The notes under the pieces are model-generated. The model did no database searches, was not told the origin of the DNA, and saw only the letters and a program-made list of their open reading frames with translations. Both the position numbers and the translations under genes were made by a program. From Antedon mediterranea (Eukaryota > Animalia > Echinodermata): a stretch of 64,000 nucleotides of DNA. The DNA lies in assembly GCF_964355755.1 (NCBI RefSeq), contig NC_092672.1, positions 30,262,437 to 30,326,436 on the forward strand, given 5' to 3'. Each line of letters opens with the position of its first letter. Position 1 is the first letter of the stretch. This document shows positions 13,301 through 25,300 of the stretch, one piece after another.

Positions 13301-16300
13301 ATCAGTGAGTCACCAAATATCTTTGGGGCATGGCTACAGGTATACTAAATACTATCATATACTATATAGGGTAGTCTGCACATTATCCTGTGATATGCCC
13401 TACAATAAGACCGCATTGCTACTGTATCACATTAAATTAGTAAATAATTTAAATTAGACTTTTAATACGGATATTAGAAAAGGCAGATAACACATTTAAT
13501 GTTATTTAATAAATACTATATTGGCCATGAATGGCTAAATGATTGTAGGCCTAATATGTCGTCGTATTGTACAATGGACTGTTTAAATTATTTTTTAACT
13601 CTTCCCGTAGGGCCTACTAAGGGAATATTGAATTAAAAACGTTTATTCGAACTATCTAACATTGCCTTGCCTTATGTAGAGATCAAATAATGTATAAATT
13701 AATAATTAAATGAACCATGTTTCCGGTTTTCCATTATTTACAATAGCTAAAATGATGTTTGTGCATCAGTTAGGCTACTATAAATTATATTTTGCAACTG
13801 ATTGGTGATTGTTCTTTTGCATTTTTAACAGAATAATTTGTTTACTTTATATTATTATCGTTAGGGCCCTGTCTAAGATGTTTACGTGGAACTGCCTATT
13901 CATTACCACGCAATCACGGCGAATACCGCATATTTCATAGTCATTGCGTAAGATTCTTGTTCACACGAAGTGACGAATATGCGTCGAATATCGCTTAGTT
14001 ACGCGATACGCGGTAAATAATCTTCACACGAATTGACGAATGTATTAATTAAGTGATTACTCTTTAATTAATGAGTATATTTTTTTATGGACACTTTAAA
14101 ATTATTCATTTGATATATTTTTACATAATTAACACAAAAATAATGGACATTCGCTTTTTTTCTTGCGAGAAATGACCGTGCAAAAAGTGCCTTTTTTACA
14201 ATCGCGATTTTCTCGAAATGTACATTTTGCGGATTCGCCGGTTCGTGTGACGAGTGACGAATTAACAGATTATTATTTAAAAAAATACAATTATGTTTAA
14301 AGTTTAAAAGTATTAATGGTGTTGCTGAACCATACTAACCAAACTTTTGTAAAATAAAGTTTTATGCCAGATTATAGTTCCTCGTTGTGTTTGGTTATTT
14401 GATTTGCAGTTTTGCTGAAAAAACACAAACATTATTAAGATTACTATAATACAGATTTGTAATACGTACTTCTCCACCAAATATGCTTAATCTAAGATTA
14501 AGCATAATGGAAGAAGATTCTTTTTGGACACTATCAAACTAGTTTGACAAAAAAAATGTGATGTGCCCAAATATGGTAGGTGATATGACATCATCATGTC
14601 CATATATGGGCACATGACATTATATTGTCACATAAAGTTTTGAGCTTTATTCAGATCAATAAAATCGCGAATTTAAAATGAGAAGAATTTAATGCTTCAT
14701 TGAAGAGAGAAAAAATACTGATGGTATATTTGTTTGCACACTTACATTATTCATTTTGCATGTAGAGAGAGCGATTGCTTTGGAGTGATAAAATACATCT
14801 AGAGAGTAGCTTTTATGCACACCAGAGTGCTTCCTCTAAGGCAGAGGTGGATTTAAATAGTATTTGCTTTTGCATTTACAGGGAAGCTATCTGCTATTGG
14901 TGGTGGAATTTAAAATGTAACATTTAATATAGTTAATAAATTAACTTGGGTTGACTAACATTATTTCTTAGAACAGTTTCTTGAAATTAAACTTCGGACT
15001 AATTATTTTGAGAATTGTAACCACCAGGTCTTAGTGGTTAAAGTCCATATTAAAATCTCTTAAACCTTTCTATACCTTCCCGCGATATAAAGTACAAGAA
15101 AATATCGTAATAAATAATACAGAAATGTAATTATTAATTTTACTATTTTAAATAAATTATTATAGTAAAAAAATGGTTTTCATCAATTATCTATTGTCTA
15201 ATACTTTTATTAAATCTGTTTTTAGTATGTACAGAGTGCTTAGAAGTTTCACAACATTAGGCGCTATATAAATCCAGGATGATATTATTGTTATTAATCA
15301 CCTGATTTTTAGTATATATATTCAATTATTATAACACAAATATTATTCTTTAATGATGATCTTTATTCAAATGATAATTATATATGATCCTTTTTTTTAC
15401 TAACATGTCTAATACCAAATTTTTTTAAGAACAATGCTTTAGAATCGAGAATTATGTTTCTTTCATCGTATCTTTCAGGTAATTGCAGCTTTGAGTAGCG
15501 ACAAAGAGAGCCTAGAGACTGCCCTCTACGAGATGCAGCAGACTGCCGTCAAGCTTGAGAACCGTAAAGAACAACTTGAAGCAGACGTTCAAGAGCTACA
15601 ACTTTCTAAAGAAGCGCTTACAGGTAAATAGTATTATCTTAGTGTGAACCAGCACTTATACAACGTATGTAATGCACCTTATTTACAGCTTTAAAGTGAA
15701 CACACAGAAGTATACAGATGCATCTAGTTTACACTAATGTGAACCAGCCCATATACTAACTGTGAAATATGCAAATGAACTATTTTGCTTTAGTGTGAAC
15801 CTGTCTTTATACATGAAAGTATGCAAATGCATCTAGTTTACACTAGTGTGAACCAGCTCATATACTGTAAAATATGAAATGTATTTTATTTGCTTTAGTG
15901 TGAACCTCCATTATACATTGAAATATTAAATTAAAATCTAATTTTCTTTGATGTGAACCAGTTGATTTTATACATGCTGAACTTAATACAAACTTATATA
16001 AATAATAATAAATATAATCTATATTGCTGTAGAACACCTATTAAGGGAACACCTTTGGAATCCAACAAAGTGTCCCTTTATAGGGATGTCTCTAAATAGG
16101 GGTTGCCTGTGTTAATTCATTATTGTCTCATTTTTCTCTTTGAAAAGTGTTCCCTAAATGGGGGTGCCTCAAAGCAGGGGTTTTGATGTATTTATTGATT
16201 TCATCTCAGATTAAATACTATTATTTTAAGTAAATAATATTTAAGAGCAGCTTTATTGACATATTATTAATTTTATGTTAATTAGATGATTAATAAATAA

Positions 16301-19300
16301 TCCTTTGTTTACATTTCAGTTGACCTTGCTCGTGTAAACAAAGAAATTGAGATCCTGACCGCAAAGAGCGAGCGTGATATTGAGATGCTTAACCAAGCAA
16401 TTGCTCAGATGGAGAACGACGCTCAGATGGTGGCCAAGCAGCAGGAAGAAGCTCATGAAGATGAGGTCGATGGCCTAGCTAGAGAAAAGGTAGGCTGAAT
16501 ATCAATATCACAATTCTATCATCACAAGTTTTGAGCAAATCTAGCTACCGGCTACATTAAATATATATTCTTAGGACATCAACCTTTGCACGTTGCATCT
16601 TGATTCAGAGTTGCTGTAGTAATGACACAATGCCATCGTAAATCTTACAAAATTGTAGTAGGCCTACATAGTTGAAAGTCTTGATCAAATCTAGCTACCG
16701 GCTACATTAAATATATATTCTTAGGCCATCAAACTTTGCATCTTGAATCAGAGTTGCTGTAAAAATGACACAATGTTATTGTAAATCAAAATTGTAGTAG
16801 GCCTACATTGTTAAACTAGTCTGCTGTCTATTTCTAACACATACAAATCTGTCATAGAGAACTATAGCACATGATGTTGGACTGCATGGTTCACACTCAA
16901 ATGTGTAAAAAAAACATGAAATAAGACTTCCTATTATTTGTGCAGTACATGTTTTGTATAGTCCTCAATTTCTGATAAGCAAAACAGATCAGCACTCTTT
17001 ATAGCGAATGTGCATAATATTAATAAAATTGTTTCTAATTAATTTAGGATCGAATCAGCAAAGAGTTCAACGAGGAGAAAGGAAAGCTGATTGAGGAAGC
17101 GGCCAAGGAGAAGGAGGAGATGCAATCAGAGTTTGAGCTTGAGAAAGAGAATCTAACGGAAGAAATATCCAACCTACAGAAAGACCGTGATGAGAGTCTT
17201 CTAATGGCAGAGAACAGCAAACAACAGGTTATTGATTTTTTCTTGTTTGCAACATATTAGTTTTCTGTACAAATAATGATAATATTGGTTGTAGTATAGT
17301 GTTTGTAATAATTTCTCTACTGCAGCTATTGTCACTACAATATATGATTTTAGTTTGTTATGTTCCAATATAGAAGTTTATGAATAGTCATTGCAATAAA
17401 CAGATTAAAGAGTAATATAAATAAAATATAGTTATTAAGTTATTTTTATCATCTATTTGAGTGATTATACATCTGAGAATGGCTGTTTACTATTTCATGA
17501 ACAAGTTTTCCCCTAGCTTCATAATATATTTTACTTAAAAGATTTCCTGAAATTAGTAACTTTGAAATAACAACAATATAACACTATTATTTTTAGGCTC
17601 TCTCAATCGCACAACAAGATAAGAACCAAGTAGCTGAAAAGTTGAGCAATGCTCAGCGAGAGCTTGTCAACGCGTCGATGGAAATGGATCGACTCAAACG
17701 AGAGTCATTTGCTAGATCCGAACAAGACAAGGTATGTTGACAAATTTTAAGAATAATTAAAGGGACACCTTTGCAACCCAACAAATTCTCAGAATAGATG
17801 TTGGCTGTAGTTTTAAAACATACATTGTTCATTTCTTAACAGTGTCCCCTTAATAGTGTCTCCAAATACAAATGTCTTTACTTGTAATGTTTACCTTTTC
17901 GGATTCAAAATGTATTTTAAAGAATAAAAACAAGATTCCAAATTCCTATAGTGAGTGGATTGGTTCGCTTAGACAGTGTTGCTGTGATATACTAGGCGAA
18001 TCTCTTATTACCTTTTTGCAATTTGCTTTGTTAACTTGTAGAATGCCATCACAGCTGCCCATGAAGAGCTCAAAGATTTGACCTCTAAATTTGAGGAAGC
18101 TATGTAAGTATTTTTTAAAGAATTAAAGTGACCTTTGAACTTTGCTTATGTCCTAAATCCCCTTTTGTTAATGTAAAATAGAAACAGTATGTATTTACTT
18201 GAAATCATAACATTTTTAGGAAAAGTGTAATTCTAGTGACTATTTGCAAATTTGACAATAAAAGTCCAAAAAATACATTATGATTTTTTATTTTAGTCAA
18301 GTCAATAAAATAATTAATTTGCTTTGTTTATTGGTAGGAATGAACGGGAGAAAGAAGCAAAGGAATTAAGCAATCAGATAAAGGATCTACAAAAGGTAAA
18401 GGAAGGACTATTGCGAGAGGTATCTGAGCTCAAGACTCAACTGAAGATGGTTGAGGAAGGTCGTGATGGGGTCAGACGAGATCTAATAGAAGCCCATCGA
18501 AAGATCAGAGAGGGTATGTTAACAACAGATACTCTTTTGATTTAATCATTTTTTTGATTTTATCCAATTATTAATCCATACATTGATATATACATTTAGA
18601 AAGGAGAATTTAAGATAACACTCCATTTACTCCTATTAAGGGGACACCATTGGAACCCAACAAAGTGTGACATTATAAGGGTGAAAATAGGACAATTGTC
18701 TGAAGTACATAGTAATATATACAAAGTTACAATAAAAATTTAATTAGAAAATGCGTACATTTATCATCAGTTTAAATATTTATTTTGATTTTTTTTTACA
18801 GCCGATGAAGGCCGGGAGTTATTGCGAAAAGAATCAATGGACTTAAAACGTCAACTTAACGATGAGGTGTTAGCAAAAGAAGCGATACAAATGTCTAATG
18901 AAGAGCATAGAAACAAAATCAAGAAAATTGAAAGTGATAGGATAATACTAAACAGAAGCGTTGATGAGAAAAATCAAAAACTTGAAAGTAAGTTTTATTT
19001 ACACCTGAAAAAAAAGTATTGTTACAATAGTCTAAGATACATTGTGTCTATGCCTACAGCTAGCCTATGCATTCAGTCAGCCTAGGCCTAGTAATAGCCA
19101 ACCTATACATTCAGTCAGCTTGCCTAGGCCTAGTAACAGCCAACCTATACATTAAGTCAGCTTGCCTAGGCCTAGTAACAGCCAACATGCATTCAGTCAG
19201 CCTAGGCCTACAGCCAGACTATGCATTCAGTCAACTTGCCTAGGCCTACAGCTAGCCTATACATTCAGTCAGCCTAGGCCTACATTCAAATGTTAGTAGA

Positions 19301-22300
19301 TAGATCCAAAAGGTGGGAGGGTTAATTATAAATTACAGAATTGTTGTTGAAAACCCTTGGCCTTTGTACACTACGCTTGTGGACACATATTTACAGGCTG
19401 CCAGGGTGCCATATTCCTGTCAATTTTTGTTATATAAAATAGTGACATGAAAATTGATGCTGACCTTCTGAGAGAGTACACAAAAATAATGATTTTTTAT
19501 CTTTATCTTTTATTGTTCAATATTTTTGTTTTACACCAGTTCTTGATAAAGATAAGGATAGTATACAGAACGAAGCAGTAAATCTACGAGCAAGTCTACG
19601 AGAAGTTGAGAAATCTAGATTAGAAGCGAGGCGCGAGTTGCAAGAACTTAGAAGACAGGTGAGTAACTTGCCCATTACAGAGGATGGATAAACTATTTTA
19701 TAATTTATCATGCTTTTTTTAAACTGTCTCATTTGAGGCTTAGGGAGTGGAGTAGAAAGAGTCGTAAGTTACAACTCTGGCACTCCGTCAGTCTTGAACC
19801 CTGGACCTTGAGATGGGAAGGCAAGCACGATAACCACCAAATTACAGCTCCACTATATTACCAATTCTACAATGCATATACATCGTTTATTTCATGTAAC
19901 TCTTTCAATTTGTTTGTAATATGTCGCCCAATACAAAGCTAATAAAATTACATATTTTGTTTAGGTGAAAACTCTAGAGGCTGACCGAACAAAGAAAGCC
20001 AAAGAAAACAAAGATTTACAAGGAAAACTTGTGCATGATAATGAGGTCATTGAAGATCACAGACGAGAGATATTTAGCCTCAAGCAAAAGGTATGCTATT
20101 ATCTGTTGTTTTTAATAAATATCTAGATAAATTATTCTTTCAAGATTTTCCAGTTCATCATACAAGTCTCTAAAGAAAGTAAAATATCTTGGGAGATTGG
20201 AATAGTAAAAACTTTCTTGTGGAAGTATAATATATTTTATTTTATTGCATCCAATATTTGATTTAACAAATTTTATATTTGTTGTCTATTTAGGTCATGG
20301 AGACAGAAACAGGTCGTGAAGGTGCACGTAAAGAGGTACAAAACCTGAAGAGAAAACTGAACGATTTTAACGAAGAAGTCCGCTTACGAGAAAAGCAGTT
20401 CCACGCCGCTTTAGACGAAGCTAGTATGAAAGAACGCAAAATTCAGGAACGTCTACGAAACAGTGAATTGGCTTTGGATGGACTCGGTGGTGAATTCGGT
20501 GAAGTGAAGTTGAAGCTCAGTGCGGCGGAGGGTCGTATCAACGGCTTAGAAGCACAGTTAGCACAGATTGAAGGTAAAGAGACATCAAACGTAAAATCAT
20601 GATGTGTTCACTTATCATCACTGCTTGTCACTTTTTAGCCAATTTGTAAAGTAAAACGTATGAAATTATTACTAAAAAATCATTAGTAAGTTGACAAATT
20701 TTGATAGAAACTTAATTTTGGTGCCATTGTTCCTCTTAAATAAAAAAAAGTCTTATTTATACTTTTTAAATAAGTAACTGTTGAAGTAACTTCCCAAGCT
20801 TACACAAAATAACTTTGAAATGTTTAAAAGTTTTAAGATTTGTATGCATGAGTGAATTTGTTTGTTTGTTTGTTGATTAGTTAACAACCTCTGAACTTTT
20901 ACATTACATTGATTTTTTTTAAATTTATTCTCTATGAGCCAAGAAGGAAAGTTTTATGAGTGGTCATGTGTATGTGAAAATGTGTTCGTTTGTTAATTAT
21001 TTATCGACCTCTGACCTCTTTATTGAGTTCACATTTTGATTTTACTTCTTTTTGCAGGATCCAAGAAAGAAACAGAATTCAAGTTAGGCAGCTTATACTC
21101 CACTCTAAGGAGGACACTTGGGATTGGTGCTGCTGGCCGCTCTCCTAGCCCTTACCGAACCAGAAGCCCTAGCCCCATTAGGAGACGCGGCAAGTCTCCA
21201 GTTAAAGGTTAGAATTAAAAAATTGTCACAAATATTTTATTACACAAAAACTAAATTATTAAGAAGTAGTTACACCATTCAGAACTACATCATTTAATTT
21301 TTGTTTGCAAGTTTCATGATTTTGAGTGAAATGTTTTAAAATTAGCGTGTTGAATGATGTGTTGCTTTCAGCTTTTTGTGAATGTTGTCCATTATTTAAA
21401 TTATTATATTATAAATCTATATTATTATTTTGATTTATTTATAATTAGTAAACCACTTTACTAAAAAATATTATTATGTAAAATATATGAATATTTTGAC
21501 AATTGGAATTTAGTTGTCTTTCAGACAAATATGGAGAAATACTATTTTTTACTTTTTGCATGTATAACATGTTGTATATTTTTAAATCTATTTAAACCAT
21601 TTTGTTCATCTTTATGAATTATGATATTTGCATGCCACAATCACACATATAATTGCATGAAAATTGGGTTTTATTATACAATATATTCTATACAGATTAT
21701 TGATATACAGATAATTCAGAATATACTAAGTTCCTAATTCTTTACGATGCTCTACTTGAAGCAATAGATTAAAATACTTTATGCCAAAGTTGTGATAACT
21801 TTTGCAAATACCCCAACTTCCAAATTGTATGTATTTATTAATTTGATGTTTAAGAGCATGAACACCATTGTATCACAGTGTGGTCTTTGACTGAAGAGGT
21901 TACCCAGTATAAATATAAATTTCAATCAATTCAATCAATCAATCAATATTTTGAATTTTGAATTATATTATTTTGCACTATTAGCTAGGGTTACCATGCT
22001 CTACTAAGAAACAAAAAGATTGAGTTGTGATAGATTTTGCGTATACCCCAAACTCCAAAATATTTGAGTTGAGATGATGTCCTGGATGATTTTTTTTAAA
22101 TTTTCTATCAACAAAGATTTATTTCTTAAATATTATTTTGAGTGTTATTGAATCCAACTTGTCATTGATGCTGGTGTGAACATTAATTATCACTGCCTAT
22201 TCATTTTTATCATGTAATATTTATTTTCACTCATTAAAATTTGACTTCATTATTAATGCATGGCTTACGGTTGTGGTGTAATAATACTAACGATCTTTAT

Positions 22301-25300
22301 ACCAGGTTTTGACAACACATTCACTACAACCACAGATGGACGTGGTAGCCCGATACCGACTACCGGATCACCTGACCGCTCTCGTAGCCCCGGTCGTAGT
22401 ATGTCCCCGAATCGTCTTGAACAACTTGTTGCTGACATCGACCCTGAGACTCTCCGTATTGCTTTGCGAGATTTCTCTCAGCAGCTTAAAGATACTGAGA
22501 GAGATAGGGTAGGTGTTTAACTATATTGTTTTATTCAATAATTGTGTGTCTCACGTGATAATAGGAAGCAACAGTTTGTTAATGTATTTTGTTATTTCTT
22601 ATATAAAAAAAAATATGAAAAAATATTTATTTTTATTTAATTATATTATTTTTAGGATGAAGCCTATGGAAAGATTAAGAGTTTAAATCAAGACATAAGT
22701 AACCTAGAACAGGATAGAGGGCGTCTTGAAATGCGCATGCAACATATGCAGAAATCACTCGGTGAAACCGAGGAAGGAAAGAGAGGAGCGGATGGCCGTC
22801 TGAGTAGCGCTCAAACTGCACTCATGCTCCAAGAGGAGACCATCAAGAGAATGGAGCGTGAACGTCGTGGGGCTCAAGAAAAGACCAGCGTTCTGGAACG
22901 ATCGCTACAAGCGGCAGAAGGTGACAAACGAGTCCTGAACGATAAGGTTAACAAAATGAAACAGAATGAGCAGCGACTGGACAGCGAGAAGCAGCAGCTT
23001 AGGCAAATGCTGGAGGAGTCTGACAACCGTGGAACTCAACTGGAGTTGAAGCGCAGAGCTCTGGAAGGAGATCTTCAAAGAATGCAGCTATCAATGAATG
23101 ACCAAATCACAGAGAACCAGGTTAATGCCGTCTTAATTATCTAATTACAGTCAAATCTCCCAATTCCAAAATCTCAGAAACTGGAATCTCCTACAAAACC
23201 AAACTTTTCTTTCATTAGAAAAACATTCCGAATACCAGACTTAACAGGAGTTTTTTAGTTAATTCTTGGACCAGTATATGTTAAATTCCTTTATTTATCC
23301 GAATGTATGAGGGCTTATTTCATTTCTTTTTTTACAAAATATCTTTGTTTAACAATGATTTTAATCAATATTATTTCTTTTTATTTTTTGATAGGTTCTT
23401 AAAGAGCGAATGGATTCCTTGATGAGACAGATCCAAGATCTTGAGAGCAAGAGAACATCGCTACAGCTTACTGTTGACAGACTCTCCACATCATTGGCAA
23501 AAACTGAGGAGGGAGAAAGCTCTCTTAAAGATAAGGTTAGGGTTTAAACGCAACTTTTTATCTTATAGTCTGGCAAACTCATTTTAGTAAATCACAAAAT
23601 AACATACAAAATCAGAATTAGCTAGATTTTAATAAACCATCCTGTTTGATGCATACTTTCCAACCTACCAATCTTCTCCGGGCCCTTTTGCCCTTAAATG
23701 CTGCAAGTTTTTGTCTCAAGTGAACCTGGTCTTTGGCACAAGTTTTGCTTCGTTTTAAGATTTCTTTCCCAATGGCTTTCTCTTTTTCCACCATCTACCT
23801 CCACATTTGTTTAATATCCTATTTTCCTCCTGCCTTCTGGACACTTGAGATAAAAACAGTAATGGGTTTGATCAACCGACATCCCTCCTCTTACCCAGGC
23901 ATTCATTTATGGAAGTACTGATTAATAAAGTGTATCTGTTTGTGAATATTGAATGGTCCAAAGACATGACAAAACTTTGATTTTAGGTGACAGAAGTTTT
24001 ATTTTTTGTTAGAATCTAGTAATATTTTAGTATTATCATAATAATTAATGATCTAATAACTTAATTAATTCTTGATTTCTGTCTTTTGTTTGGTAGGTAC
24101 AATCTCTTTCAATGTCACTTAATGATAGCACATCCACATCAAACCAACTTCAAGATAAGATCCAACAGGTACAACAGGCATTGACCAGCAGCGAACACGA
24201 CAGACGAGTTCTACAGGAAAGACTGGATGCTGCAAGGTAAGATCAATATTCCTATCAATGTATCACTATCATATAAGAATCCTTTCTGGAATTTTTGCAC
24301 TGATATCTTATAGGTTGGGACTATCAAGATTACTTGAGGTGTTATACCTTGACGGATAAAATAATGAATGTGCTTCTATCTAATAGTATTTTATGGTTGA
24401 TATAAAGTTTGCCAATCACCACATATATTTAGTTTACACTCTACCACAAACTTTATATCAATATATTGATTTTTACATGCAAACTTTCAGTATTTTATTG
24501 TTTTCAATTTTAGGCAAACTGTATCAGACACAAAGAAACAAAACCATCAATTGATGGAGAGACTTCAGGCAATTCAGAACGATAACTCTGACCTTGAGGT
24601 GCGACACTCGGAGGTTGAGGCTCAAGTCCGAAATTCACAGCAGGTATGGGTTTAAGAATTTAAAATATATAGCGAATTTATTAATGAAAATATAATGGAG
24701 TTAATTGATTTCAAAGTTATAACTAAATAACTAAACATTATCAGCTTCCTTGTGCCGAATCTAACCCTCTCCGGCGTGGTGGTCTTGAGGTATGAGTACC
24801 AGGCTAGTAGTAATTAGGAGGTTGTGGGTTCGAGAATTATTTGCATTTTTTTCAGAAGATGTTCTTAATCTCTTAGTATGCTATTCAAAGTATGGAAAAC
24901 ATCTGACCAATTAAAATTGTTTTTAATTTCAGCTTTTGAAACAGAGACAAGAGTCTGAAGAAGGTGCCATGCAAACAATCCGTAAATTACAGGATGAAAA
25001 ACGAGGTTTCCAAGAGCACATTGTTACACTCCAGAGGGCGTATGCCAATTTGGAATCAGAGAAGCGCGGAATAGAAAGAAACGCCGGTCGTCTTGAGAAA
25101 GACAAAAATGCCCTTAAGAAGACATTAGACAAGGTTAGATCATTTTCAATAATTCTTGTTGATTTAATAATATATTATATTATTTCTGCTGTTAGTCTCT
25201 AGTTTTAAAATTACACTTTTGGAAAAATGGGGTTGTAGGGCATGTAAGTGCAAGTCACACTTGTTTTGTAAGTAAGCATTTTTTGTTATTACGTAAATAT

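Noticed and set aside
15636-15962. Repeat-spacer-like pattern (GTGTGAACC every ~52 bp) resembling a CRISPR array
   Set aside because: The cores are short and degenerate, the spacers resemble each other, there are no cas genes, and it lies in a eukaryotic intron; it is an old minisatellite.
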